From: an uncultured Oscillospiraceae bacterium
GTDB taxonomy: Bacteria; Bacillota; Clostridia; Oscillospirales; Oscillospiraceae
Length of the DNA: 64,000 nucleotides
Direction of reading: 5' to 3'
NCBI GenBank assembly: GCA_964586875.1
Contig: CAZPJH010000001.1
Location: forward strand, 6,721 to 70,720
In this document: one piece after another, positions 37,676 through 45,882 of the stretch
Layout of the letters: each line of letters opens with the position of its first letter
How positions within the stretch are numbered: the stretch's first letter is position 1
Position numbers and translations under genes: made by a program
The notes under the pieces: model-generated
Told to the model about the DNA's origin: nothing
What the model saw: the letters and a program-made list of their open reading frames with translations, nothing else
The model's database searches: none

Positions 37676-38197
37676 ATGACCAAAACAAAAAAGATCGCAT
37701 TGTGTGCGGTGCTGATTGCTTTGGCACTGGCATTATCCTATTTGGAACGATTTATCCCACTGCAATTGGTCATTCCACTGCCGGGGATAAAACTGGGACT
37801 GGCCAATATCGTGACGGTGATCGCCTTGTATGTGTTGGGGGCAAAATATGCCTTTGCCATTTTGATCCCCCGTTGTATTTTGGGCGCTGTTTTTGGCGGC
37901 GGACTGACAGGTTTGCTTTTTTCGCTGACCGGGGGTGTGCTTGCCATGGGAGTGATGGCGCTGTGCCGAAAAATACGGATATTCTCTGTTTATGGTGTCA
38001 GCATTCTAGGGGCGGCGGCTCATAATATCGGGCAAATCATTGCGGCGATGGCAGTACTTGGTTCGGTTTATGTGGCATCGTACTTGCCTTACTTGCTACT
38101 GGTGGCGGTTGTGACAGGTTTTGCTACCGGTACGGCCAGTGCCGGCGTGTTAAAAATTCTAGGAAAAGTAAATTATTTGGCTTCATGGAGGGAATAA
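37676..38197 (+). CDS. Gx transporter / Hpre_diP_synt_I family membrane protein (EetA-like)
   Basis: LSYLE..IP..PGIKLGLAN, SLTGG, GVSILGAAAHNIGQ. Confidence 0.9.
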   Translation: MTKTKKIALCAVLIALALALSYLERFIPLQLVIPLPGIKLGLANIVTVIALYVLGAKYAFAILIPRCILGAVFGGGLTGLLFSLTGGVLAMGVMALCRKIRIFSVYGVSILGAAAHNIGQIIAAMAVLGSVYVASYLPYLLLVAVVTGFATGTASAGVLKILGKVNYLASWRE

Positions 38198-38198
38198 A

Positions 38199-39200
38199 AT
38201 GAAGAAAAAAGTGATGATATTTGTATCTGTTCTGGTGCTGGCAGCGATGCTGTGCGGTTGCGTAGGCACCACGGTGGTGGTCGGCGGTGATTGCACCTGC
38301 GACAGCACAAATAACCAGCCCTATGTTCCCAAAGCGGGTGAAGTGCAGGTGGGTCTGGCTGTGCTGACCGATGTTTCTGCTGCAGACGGTAAGATCAGCT
38401 ACAATATTTTGATGGCTGCGGTGGCTGTGGACGATGAAGGTGTGATCACGGATTGTGTGATCGACGGTGTTTCCACTGACGTGACCATGGAGGAAGTTAC
38501 AGCCGGCTGGACAAAGGATGTCAAGACCAAGAACGAGCTGGGGGACAGCTACGGTATGGTTGCCTGGGGCGGCGCAAAATATGAATGGGATCAGCAGGCC
38601 AAAAATTTTGCCGATTACGTCAAGGGAAAGACCGCTGATCAGGTTTCCGGCATTGCAATCGCTGAAAACGGCAAGCCTGCAGACAGCGATTTGGCAGCTT
38701 CTGTGACCATTGCCATTGGCGACTTTGTACAGGTAGTGAAAGCAGCTGCAAAGAATGCACATTATGTGGCAGACAGCTCCGATGCGCTGGTGTTGGCCGC
38801 TACGCCTGCACTCAGTGGCGGAGATGGCTATGCACAGCTGGATATGGACGTGACTGCTCTGAGTGAAAAAGACGGTGTCATCACCGGATGCTATATTGAT
38901 GCGGTGCAGGCGAAGGTGACTTTTGATGGCGAAGGCAATGTGACCACCGACCTGGCTGCCGGATTCAAGACGAAAAATGAACTGGGTAAGGATTATGGTA
39001 TGGTTGCCTGGGGCGGTGCAAAATACGAATGGTATCAACAGGCAGCGAATTTTGCCGACTATGTTAAGGGTAAAACAGCTGCTCAGGTGGTAGGCATTGC
39101 CGTCGGTGAGGGCGGCAAGCCCGGGGATGCAGACTTGAGCGCATCGGTCACCATTGCCATCGGCGGATTCCAGGCACTGATCCAGAAGGCACTGCAATGA
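38199..39200 (+). CDS. Lipoprotein with two tandem FMN-binding-like domains (candidate ApbE substrate, PplA-like role)
   Basis: Lipobox LCGC; two near-identical KTKNELG..YGMVAWGGAKYEW..QA.NFADYVKGKT...DL(A/S)ASVTI repeats; overlaps apbE. Confidence 0.65.
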   Translation: MKKKVMIFVSVLVLAAMLCGCVGTTVVVGGDCTCDSTNNQPYVPKAGEVQVGLAVLTDVSAADGKISYNILMAAVAVDDEGVITDCVIDGVSTDVTMEEVTAGWTKDVKTKNELGDSYGMVAWGGAKYEWDQQAKNFADYVKGKTADQVSGIAIAENGKPADSDLAASVTIAIGDFVQVVKAAAKNAHYVADSSDALVLAATPALSGGDGYAQLDMDVTALSEKDGVITGCYIDAVQAKVTFDGEGNVTTDLAAGFKTKNELGKDYGMVAWGGAKYEWYQQAANFADYVKGKTAAQVVGIAVGEGGKPGDADLSASVTIAIGGFQALIQKALQ

Positions 39201-40219
39201 AAAAGCTGAGCTTGATTTTGGCACTTTGTCTGCTGTTGACAGGCTGCGTTATGGCTCAGGAGTCGGAGAAAAAACAATACACGGCTTCTTTTTTGAACCT
39301 GTTTGATACAGTGACGACCATCGTTGGCCGGGCAGAAAATCAGAAAGAATTTGAGCAGGTCACCCAAAAGATCCATGACGAATTGGAGCATTATCACCAG
39401 CTTTTTGACATTTATCACGATTATGAAGGCATCCATAATATCAAGACTATTAACGATCAGGCAGGCCGTCAGTCGGTGAAAGTGGAGCAGACCATTATTG
39501 ATTTTCTGCAAGATTGCAAAAAATACGCTACTGTCACCGATGGCAAGGTCAATGTGGCTATGGGTAGCGTGCTGCGGTTGTGGCATGAGGCAAGAGAAAA
39601 TGCCATCAATGACCCTGCCAATGCTCAACTGCCTCAGGAAAATGCCCTGCAAGATGCTGCTACCCATACCAATTTGGATGCAGTGATCATTGATGAAGAT
39701 AATTCCACTGTATTTATCAGCGATCAGTACCTGCAATTAGATGTGGGAGCGATCGCCAAAGGATGGGCCACCCAACGGGTGGCGGAAAATGCGCCCGAAG
39801 GGCTTCTGATCAGCGTCGGTGGTAATGTTTGTGCCACCGGGCCGAAGATCCAGCCGGACACGCCTTGGGTAGTGGGTGTTCAGGATCCTCAGGGAACAGA
39901 TGCCTATTTACACAGGTTGAATGTGATGGGCGGCTGCGTGGTCACCAGCGGTGATTATCAGCGTTATTTTGTGGTGGAGGGGAAGACCTATCATCATATC
40001 ATCGATCCCCAAACCCTGATGCCCGGAACTTATTGGCGTTCCGTGACGGTGGTTTGTGCCGATTCCGGATTGGCAGATGCACTGTCGACGGCCCTGTTTC
40101 TGCTACCGATGGAAGAGGGAAACGCTCTGCTGAAGAAAACCGGTGCAGAAGCCATGTGGGTGGACGCAGAGGGCCGTATATCCTATTCGGAAGGTTTTAA
40201 ATCTTATATTCGAGATTAA
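39197..40219 (+). CDS. apbE: FAD:protein FMN transferase, lipoprotein
   Basis: Lipobox LTGC, LDVGAIAKGW, GGNV, TSGDYQRYF, YHHIIDP.T, ADALST. Confidence 0.95.
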   Translation: MKKLSLILALCLLLTGCVMAQESEKKQYTASFLNLFDTVTTIVGRAENQKEFEQVTQKIHDELEHYHQLFDIYHDYEGIHNIKTINDQAGRQSVKVEQTIIDFLQDCKKYATVTDGKVNVAMGSVLRLWHEARENAINDPANAQLPQENALQDAATHTNLDAVIIDEDNSTVFISDQYLQLDVGAIAKGWATQRVAENAPEGLLISVGGNVCATGPKIQPDTPWVVGVQDPQGTDAYLHRLNVMGGCVVTSGDYQRYFVVEGKTYHHIIDPQTLMPGTYWRSVTVVCADSGLADALSTALFLLPMEEGNALLKKTGAEAMWVDAEGRISYSEGFKSYIRD

Positions 40220-40230
40220 GAGGTGAAAAA

Positions 40231-41562
40231 ATGAGTAAACGCCTATTTCTTGGTGGCATTCACCCCAAGTATAACAAGGAAATGTCTACCGGGGTGGAAG
40301 ATTTTCAGATGGTTACCCCCAAACAGGTGATCATTCCCATGGTTCAGCATATTGGCGCACCCTGTACGCCGTTGGTTTGCGTAGGCGATCGGGTCCTTCG
40401 TGGTCAGAAGATCGGTGACGGAGAAGGTCTGTGTGTACCTGTTCACGCATCTGTATCCGGTACGGTGGTGGCAGTGGAACCCAGAAAGCATACCAGTGGC
40501 CGTGAAGTAATGGCAGTGGTGATCGAAAATGACTTTCAGGACAGCCCTATCCAAACGGAAAAAAGAGATGTCTCCCAGATGGATAACGACACGATCCTGC
40601 ATACCATTCGGGAGGCTGGCATCGTTGGTATGGGTGGTGCGGCCTTCCCGGGCAGCGTGAAAGCCGTTTCTGCCATGGGCCATGCGGATACCCTTATTGC
40701 CAATGCCTGCGAGTGCGAACCGTATATTACCGCAGACGACTCCCTGCTACGAACCAATCCACATCAGGTTCTGCAGGGAATGCAGATCTTGGCAAAGGTG
40801 CTGGAGCCGGAACGGATCGTTCTGGCGGTGGAGGATAATAAGCGTCGGGCAATTGAAATCTTAAAGCCCTTGCAAAAGGAATTTCCAAATATTGAACTGG
40901 TGATCTTGCCCACCCGTTACCCTCAGGGCTCTGAAAAGCAGCTGATCCAGGCGGTAACTGGACGGCAAGTACCTTCCGGCCAACTGCCGGTTTCCGTCGG
41001 TTGTGCAGTGTTTAATGTGGCCACTTTTGCAGCAATTTATCGGGCGGTGTGTCTGGGACTGCCCATGACACAGCGGATCGTCACTGTGACCGGAGAGGCC
41101 ATCCGTCAGCCCCAGAATTTTATTGTTCGCTTTGGTACCCCTTTCCATGACCTGATCGAAAAAGCCGGTGGCCTTCATGACGAAACGGAACGGGTTATCA
41201 GCGGTGGCCCAATGATGGGATTTGCACAAAGCGATTTGAACGTGCCGGTGGTGAAGGCTACCAATGCTATTTTGTGCCTGCACCGGGATGAGAACGGTGC
41301 TGCCCAAAATCCTGTTTGTTTGCGATGCGGCAAGTGTGTGGCGGTCTGTCCCATGGGATTGCAGCCGTTGTACATGGGGCGCTATGCCAAGGCCGGTAAT
41401 GTGAAAGAATTGGCTCGGCTGCATCTGCTTGACTGCATGGAATGTGGAAGCTGTGCCTTTACCTGTCCCGGAAAACTGCCCCTGGTTGAGATGTTCCGCA
41501 AGGGAAAGGGGCTTTTGCGTCAGGCAATGGCAGAGCAAAAAGCAAAGGAGGAGAAGAAATGA
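40231..41562 (+). CDS. rnfC: Rnf/Rsx electron transport subunit C
   Basis: QHIGAP, HASVSG, GIVGMGGAAFP, ECEPYITAD, YPQGSEK, GGPMMG, CLRCGKCVAVCP, CMECGSCAFTCP. Confidence 0.95.
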   Translation: MSKRLFLGGIHPKYNKEMSTGVEDFQMVTPKQVIIPMVQHIGAPCTPLVCVGDRVLRGQKIGDGEGLCVPVHASVSGTVVAVEPRKHTSGREVMAVVIENDFQDSPIQTEKRDVSQMDNDTILHTIREAGIVGMGGAAFPGSVKAVSAMGHADTLIANACECEPYITADDSLLRTNPHQVLQGMQILAKVLEPERIVLAVEDNKRRAIEILKPLQKEFPNIELVILPTRYPQGSEKQLIQAVTGRQVPSGQLPVSVGCAVFNVATFAAIYRAVCLGLPMTQRIVTVTGEAIRQPQNFIVRFGTPFHDLIEKAGGLHDETERVISGGPMMGFAQSDLNVPVVKATNAILCLHRDENGAAQNPVCLRCGKCVAVCPMGLQPLYMGRYAKAGNVKELARLHLLDCMECGSCAFTCPGKLPLVEMFRKGKGLLRQAMAEQKAKEEKK

Positions 41563-42506
41563 ATTTGATGGTTGCATCTTCTCCTCATATTCGAGGAGAT
41601 TTTAGAACCAGTCGGCTGATGCAGGATGTGGTGATCGCCCTGCTGCCTGCACTGGCGGTGGGAACATTTGTGCTGGGCTACCGTGCTTTGATCGTTACGG
41701 TGTTTTCGGTGGCAGCGGCGATCATCGGTGAGTGGCTCTATGGTGTCGTAACGAAAAAACGCAGCACATTGGCAGATTGCTCCGCCATGGTCACAGGAAT
41801 GTTGTTTGCCATGACTCTGCCTGCTTCCGTTCCTTATTGGGTAGCGATTTTGGGAAGCATGTTTGCAGTGGTGGTCACAAAAATGATGTGCGGCGGACTG
41901 GGACAAAATGTGTTTAATCCTGCACTTTCGGCCAGAGCACTGATGATGCTGTTGGTGCCGTCTGCGCTGACTCGTTATCAGACTTTGGGGGTGGATGGTG
42001 TGACTGCGGCCACACCGCTGCACCATATGGTGATGCCTGCACTTCCAGAACAGAGCTTGCTGGATATGCTCCTTGGTAATACGCCCGGTTCCATCGGCGA
42101 GATCTCTGCACTGGCATTGTTGGCAGGTGGACTGTACCTGATCGTGCGTAAGGTCATTTCTCCCAGGATCCCCCTGGCCTATTTGGGTACGGTTGCTGTG
42201 GTTACGCTGGTGTTCCATAAAACGGATCATGCGTTTGCGTGGATGGGATACCAGTTGCTTAGCGGCGGCTTAATGCTGGGTGCGATCTTTATGGCAACGG
42301 ATTACGCAACCTCTCCGGTAACACCGTGGGGACAAGTGATTTATGGCATTGGCTGCGGCTTGTTGACTGTGCTGTTCCGCTATTTTGGAATTTTCCCGGA
42401 GGGTGTAACGTATGCCATCCTGATCATGAATTTGGGGGCATGGGCCATTGATCGCATGACACCGCCCCGGCGTTATGGTCAGAAGGGAGGCCGGAACCAT
42501 GGTTAA
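41559..42506 (+). CDS. rnfD: Rnf subunit D
   Basis: SSPHI, GGLGQNVFNPA, DGVTAATPL (FMN-Thr), PGSIGE.S, FMATD..TSP, PEGV. Confidence 0.93.
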   Translation: MNLMVASSPHIRGDFRTSRLMQDVVIALLPALAVGTFVLGYRALIVTVFSVAAAIIGEWLYGVVTKKRSTLADCSAMVTGMLFAMTLPASVPYWVAILGSMFAVVVTKMMCGGLGQNVFNPALSARALMMLLVPSALTRYQTLGVDGVTAATPLHHMVMPALPEQSLLDMLLGNTPGSIGEISALALLAGGLYLIVRKVISPRIPLAYLGTVAVVTLVFHKTDHAFAWMGYQLLSGGLMLGAIFMATDYATSPVTPWGQVIYGIGCGLLTVLFRYFGIFPEGVTYAILIMNLGAWAIDRMTPPRRYGQKGGRNHG

Positions 42507-43035
42507 ATCGATTTTAACACCGCTGCTGGCTATTCTGTTGGCAGCAGCACTGCTGTTGGGTGCCCATTGGGGACTTTCTGATCTGCAGGAAGCCAATGCA
42601 GAGAAGGAACTGAATGCCAAGCTTCTGGAAATTCTGCCTGGCAATTCAGAATTTGCTTCTGAAGAATATACCGGCACAGATGCCAATATCCGAGCAGTCT
42701 ATAAAGGCAACAACGGCTATGTGGTGCTGACGGCAACACAGGGATACGCCGGGCCGATTACGATGCTGGTTGGTGTCAGCAATGAGGGCAAGGTCACAGG
42801 TTTGCAGATCCGCCAAATGTCAGAAACCTATGGCCTTGGCTGGAATGCGCTGACAGATGTTGAATTTCTAAAACAGTTTTTGAACACCAAGGGGGATGCT
42901 CAGGTGGGCGAAAATGTGGATGCCATTGCCGGCGCTACTGTTACATCCAAAGCAGTGACCCGTTGTGTTAATTCGGCAGTCGCTTTTGTCACCGGCGCGG
43001 ATGCAGACTCCGGCGCCACATCCTGGGGAGGCTGA
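42499..43035 (+). CDS. rnfG: RnfG-like FMN-binding protein
   Basis: N-terminal TM, GYAGPI.MLVGV, ETYGLG, VDAIAGATVTS, plus a C-terminal DADSGATS. Confidence 0.88.
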   Translation: MVKSILTPLLAILLAAALLLGAHWGLSDLQEANAEKELNAKLLEILPGNSEFASEEYTGTDANIRAVYKGNNGYVVLTATQGYAGPITMLVGVSNEGKVTGLQIRQMSETYGLGWNALTDVEFLKQFLNTKGDAQVGENVDAIAGATVTSKAVTRCVNSAVAFVTGADADSGATSWGG

Positions 43036-43038
43036 GCC

Positions 43039-43476
43039 ATGAAAAAAGTGAAGAATTTAAGAATGGTTTTGCTGACAGCGGTGTTGCTGGGACTTCTGAT
43101 GGTGATGATGGTGGTCAAAGCCTGCTATCCCGCTGTGATCCTGCCGATGCTGAATATTCCCAATATGGTACTGATCAGCGTAGTCGTGTTGCTGCTGGAA
43201 AACCGGCTGGATCCTTTGGCAGAGAGCAACTGGTGGTGCAACTTGCTGTTGGCGGTGCTTGCCTTTGGCCTGCTGCCACTGACGGCAGGGGTTACGTCCC
43301 TTCTTGATTTCTGGAAGGTGGGACTGGTAGGCGGTGGCGCCTTTACGCTGACGGCGCTTGCGATGGACTCTGTTCGAGAACGGTTGGCCTCCGGCACAAA
43401 AACAGGTGGCGCACTGTTGGTTACTGCCTTAGGAATATACTTGGCAGCGCAGTGCTTTTCCGGAATATTGGTGTAA
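43039..43476 (+). CDS. Small polytopic membrane protein, degenerate RnfA-like
   Basis: C-terminus AFTLTALAMDSVRERL...LAAQCFSGIL resembles the RnfA C-terminus; the conserved RnfA Cys motifs are not recognisable. Confidence 0.55.
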   Translation: MKKVKNLRMVLLTAVLLGLLMVMMVVKACYPAVILPMLNIPNMVLISVVVLLLENRLDPLAESNWWCNLLLAVLAFGLLPLTAGVTSLLDFWKVGLVGGGAFTLTALAMDSVRERLASGTKTGGALLVTALGIYLAAQCFSGILV

Positions 43477-43482
43477 TGTTTT

Positions 43483-43509
43483 AGGGCGTGTTGCAATGCA
43501 ACACGCCCT
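43483..43509. repeat. GGCGTGTTGCA-family palindrome / bidirectional terminator, copy 2
   Basis: agggcgtgttgca-a-tgcaacacgccct. Confidence 0.75.
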
Positions 43510-43513
43510 TGCT

Positions 43514-44347
43514 TTATCCAAATCTTCTGGCATAGCCACAGCGGCGACAGAGAGGTTCTACCGCTTCGTGGTTGGAAAACCCATGGTAAATGGCCTGTGC
43601 CCGGGAACCGGACAGGATCTGTTCCATCTCCTGGGTGAAAAGATTGCCCAGTGCCAGATCTCCGTCGTGATCCAGGCAGCAGGGGACCACTGTTCCATCG
43701 CACAGAATGCCCAGCTGATCACGCAGACCATAGCAAAAACGAGGGATCTCTCCTTCTGATGCAGACAGATCCGGCCAGTCAAATTTATCGCCGTATTCCA
43801 AATAGATCTTTGGAGCAATTTGGGTCCCTTGCCGTTGGGGAACCCAGTCCTGTGGGAAAAAGGAAGCCATTCGTTTTAAAATCTGATCGTTCATAGCATC
43901 TTGACCACCCTGATTCCACAGCCGGTAGACCACCAGCTTTTCCCCACCGGCTGCGACACCAAAGCGGAAGCAATTGTCCAAATAATCTTCAAAGGGGATG
44001 GGACAATCGTTTGCTTCAAAGGCGTGGAGGGAAATGTTGACCTTGTGCAACGCAGGGGAAGACAGCAAAAGTGCCTGCTGTTTCGGTAACAGTGTACCGT
44101 TGGTGGTGATGATCACACGAAAACCAAAGCTGTGGGCGATTTTCAAAAACTGATCCAGCTGCGGGTGGCACAGTGGCTCCCCCATCAGATGAAAATAGAT
44201 AAAATCGGTGTATGGGCGAATTTTGGAGAGCAGGACAGAGAATTCTTCGGCATTCATCCGCCGACCGGGGCGGCGTGTGCCCGGACAGAAGCTGCATTCT
44301 AAGTTGCATAGATTGGATATTTCAATGTAAACTTTACGAAAACGCAT
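43514..44347 (-). CDS. Radical SAM protein with SPASM/twitch domain
   Basis: CNLECSFC, MGEP, TTNG, DGTVVPCCLD, CRRC. Confidence 0.92.
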   Translation of the reverse strand: MRFRKVYIEISNLCNLECSFCPGTRRPGRRMNAEEFSVLLSKIRPYTDFIYFHLMGEPLCHPQLDQFLKIAHSFGFRVIITTNGTLLPKQQALLLSSPALHKVNISLHAFEANDCPIPFEDYLDNCFRFGVAAGGEKLVVYRLWNQGGQDAMNDQILKRMASFFPQDWVPQRQGTQIAPKIYLEYGDKFDWPDLSASEGEIPRFCYGLRDQLGILCDGTVVPCCLDHDGDLALGNLFTQEMEQILSGSRAQAIYHGFSNHEAVEPLCRRCGYARRFG

Positions 44348-44466
44348 GGTATTCTCCTCAATGGTTCTTTTCTATGACTATAACTGCCCGAAGTGAAAAA
44401 TGCAACTATAATTTGTGTTACAGATGTTGACATTTGGTTTATAATAGAAGAAAAGGGAGGCAGATT

Positions 44467-45837
44467 ATGGAAATTGATGTGTTGTTAGAAAAACAGAAAA
44501 TGTTTTTTCAATCCGGTCAAACGCTGGATATCCAATGGCGTATTGCCGGACTGAAAAGGTTGAAAATATGGATCAAGACCCACGAAGATGCCATTGCAGC
44601 CGCACTTTATGCTGACCTTGGAAAAAGCAAAGAGGAAAGCTATATGTGTGAAACAGGAATGGTGCTGTCGGAACTGTCTTATCTGATCAAGCACACAGCC
44701 TCCTTTGCAAGGAAAAAGCGGGTGCATACGCCCATGGCTCAATTCTGCGCCAAAAGCTATACCATAGCGACACCTTACGGAAACACGCTGATCATGAGCC
44801 CTTGGAATTATCCCTTCTTGCTGACGGTTGGCCCCCTGGCTGATGCCATTGCCACAGGCAATACGGCAATTATAAAGCCCAGTGCATATAGTCCTGCCAC
44901 ATCGAAGCTGATAGCGGATATGGCAGTGGCCTGCTTTTCCGGGGAGCATGTGGCGGTGGTACTGGGCGGGCGAAAGGAAAACGCAGATCTTCTGAAAAAG
45001 AAGTTTGACTTTGTTTTTTTTACCGGCAGTCAGGAAGTGGGGAAAGTGGTACTGCGGCATACTGCAGAGCATTTAACGCCGGCTGTGCTGGAGTTGGGGG
45101 GAAAAAGCCCTGTGATCGTGGATGCCACGGCCAATATTCCGCTGGCAGCCAAACGGATCATTTTTGGAAAGATCATCAACTGTGGGCAGACCTGCGTTGC
45201 ACCGGACTATATCCTGTGCCATGCCTCTGTCAAAGCACAGCTGATCATCGAACTGAAAAAGCAGATCAGCGTACAGCTGGGCGACCGCCCTTTGGAAAAT
45301 CCAAACTATGGCCATATGATCAGCCAAAAGCATTTTGAACGGGTATGGAATTTGATCGACTATGAAAAAGTGGTCTGTGGCGGACTGTGTGATCCGGAAA
45401 AGTTAAAAATTGCACCGACCATCATGGCTGATGTTACTTGGGAAGATGCGGTCATGGGGCAGGAGATTTTTGGCCCGGTGTTGCCCGTGCTGACCTTTGA
45501 AAATCTGGGTGAGGTTTATGAGCAGCTGAAAAACCGACCCAAGCCTTTGGCACTATACCTGTTCTCCACAGACCGAAATGTCATTAAATTCATCACTACC
45601 GGCATTTCCTACGGCGGCGGATGTATTAACGATACCATTATTCATCTGGCCACGGAGCAAATGGGCTTTGGCGGCGTAGGAGAGAGCGGTATGGGCGCAT
45701 ACCATGGAAAGGCCGGTTTTGAAACCTTCAGCCACCGAAAAAGCATCGTGGACAAGAAAAACTGGATCGATATGCCTATGCGCTATCAGCCTTACAGGAA
45801 AATACACGATCAATTGGTGCATCTCTTCCTAAAATAA
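44467..45837 (+). CDS. Aldehyde dehydrogenase (ALDH3/YwdH-like)
   Basis: PWNYP, FTGS, LELGGKSP, GQTCVAPD, EIFGPVL, FGGVGESGMG. Confidence 0.95.
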   Translation: MEIDVLLEKQKMFFQSGQTLDIQWRIAGLKRLKIWIKTHEDAIAAALYADLGKSKEESYMCETGMVLSELSYLIKHTASFARKKRVHTPMAQFCAKSYTIATPYGNTLIMSPWNYPFLLTVGPLADAIATGNTAIIKPSAYSPATSKLIADMAVACFSGEHVAVVLGGRKENADLLKKKFDFVFFTGSQEVGKVVLRHTAEHLTPAVLELGGKSPVIVDATANIPLAAKRIIFGKIINCGQTCVAPDYILCHASVKAQLIIELKKQISVQLGDRPLENPNYGHMISQKHFERVWNLIDYEKVVCGGLCDPEKLKIAPTIMADVTWEDAVMGQEIFGPVLPVLTFENLGEVYEQLKNRPKPLALYLFSTDRNVIKFITTGISYGGGCINDTIIHLATEQMGFGGVGESGMGAYHGKAGFETFSHRKSIVDKKNWIDMPMRYQPYRKIHDQLVHLFLK

Positions 45838-45840
45838 TCA

Positions 45841-45882
45841 CCAGGGCGTGTTGCAAAAGAATGCAGCACGCCCTGGCTTTTT
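45841..45882. repeat. GGCGTGTTGCA-family palindrome / bidirectional terminator, copy 3
   Basis: ccagggcgtgttgca-aaagaa-tgcagcacgccctgg. Confidence 0.75.

Noticed and set aside
38520-39170. Direct DNA repeat of about 200 bp as a possible mobile-element or diversity-generating repeat
   Set aside because: In-frame domain duplication; differences are not adenine-specific and there is no reverse transcriptase in the window
43514-44347. Radical SAM/SPASM enzyme as a RiPP maturase
   Set aside because: No adjacent precursor peptide, RRE domain or exporter; the Cys-rich uORF at 50.1 kb is distant and belongs to another transcript
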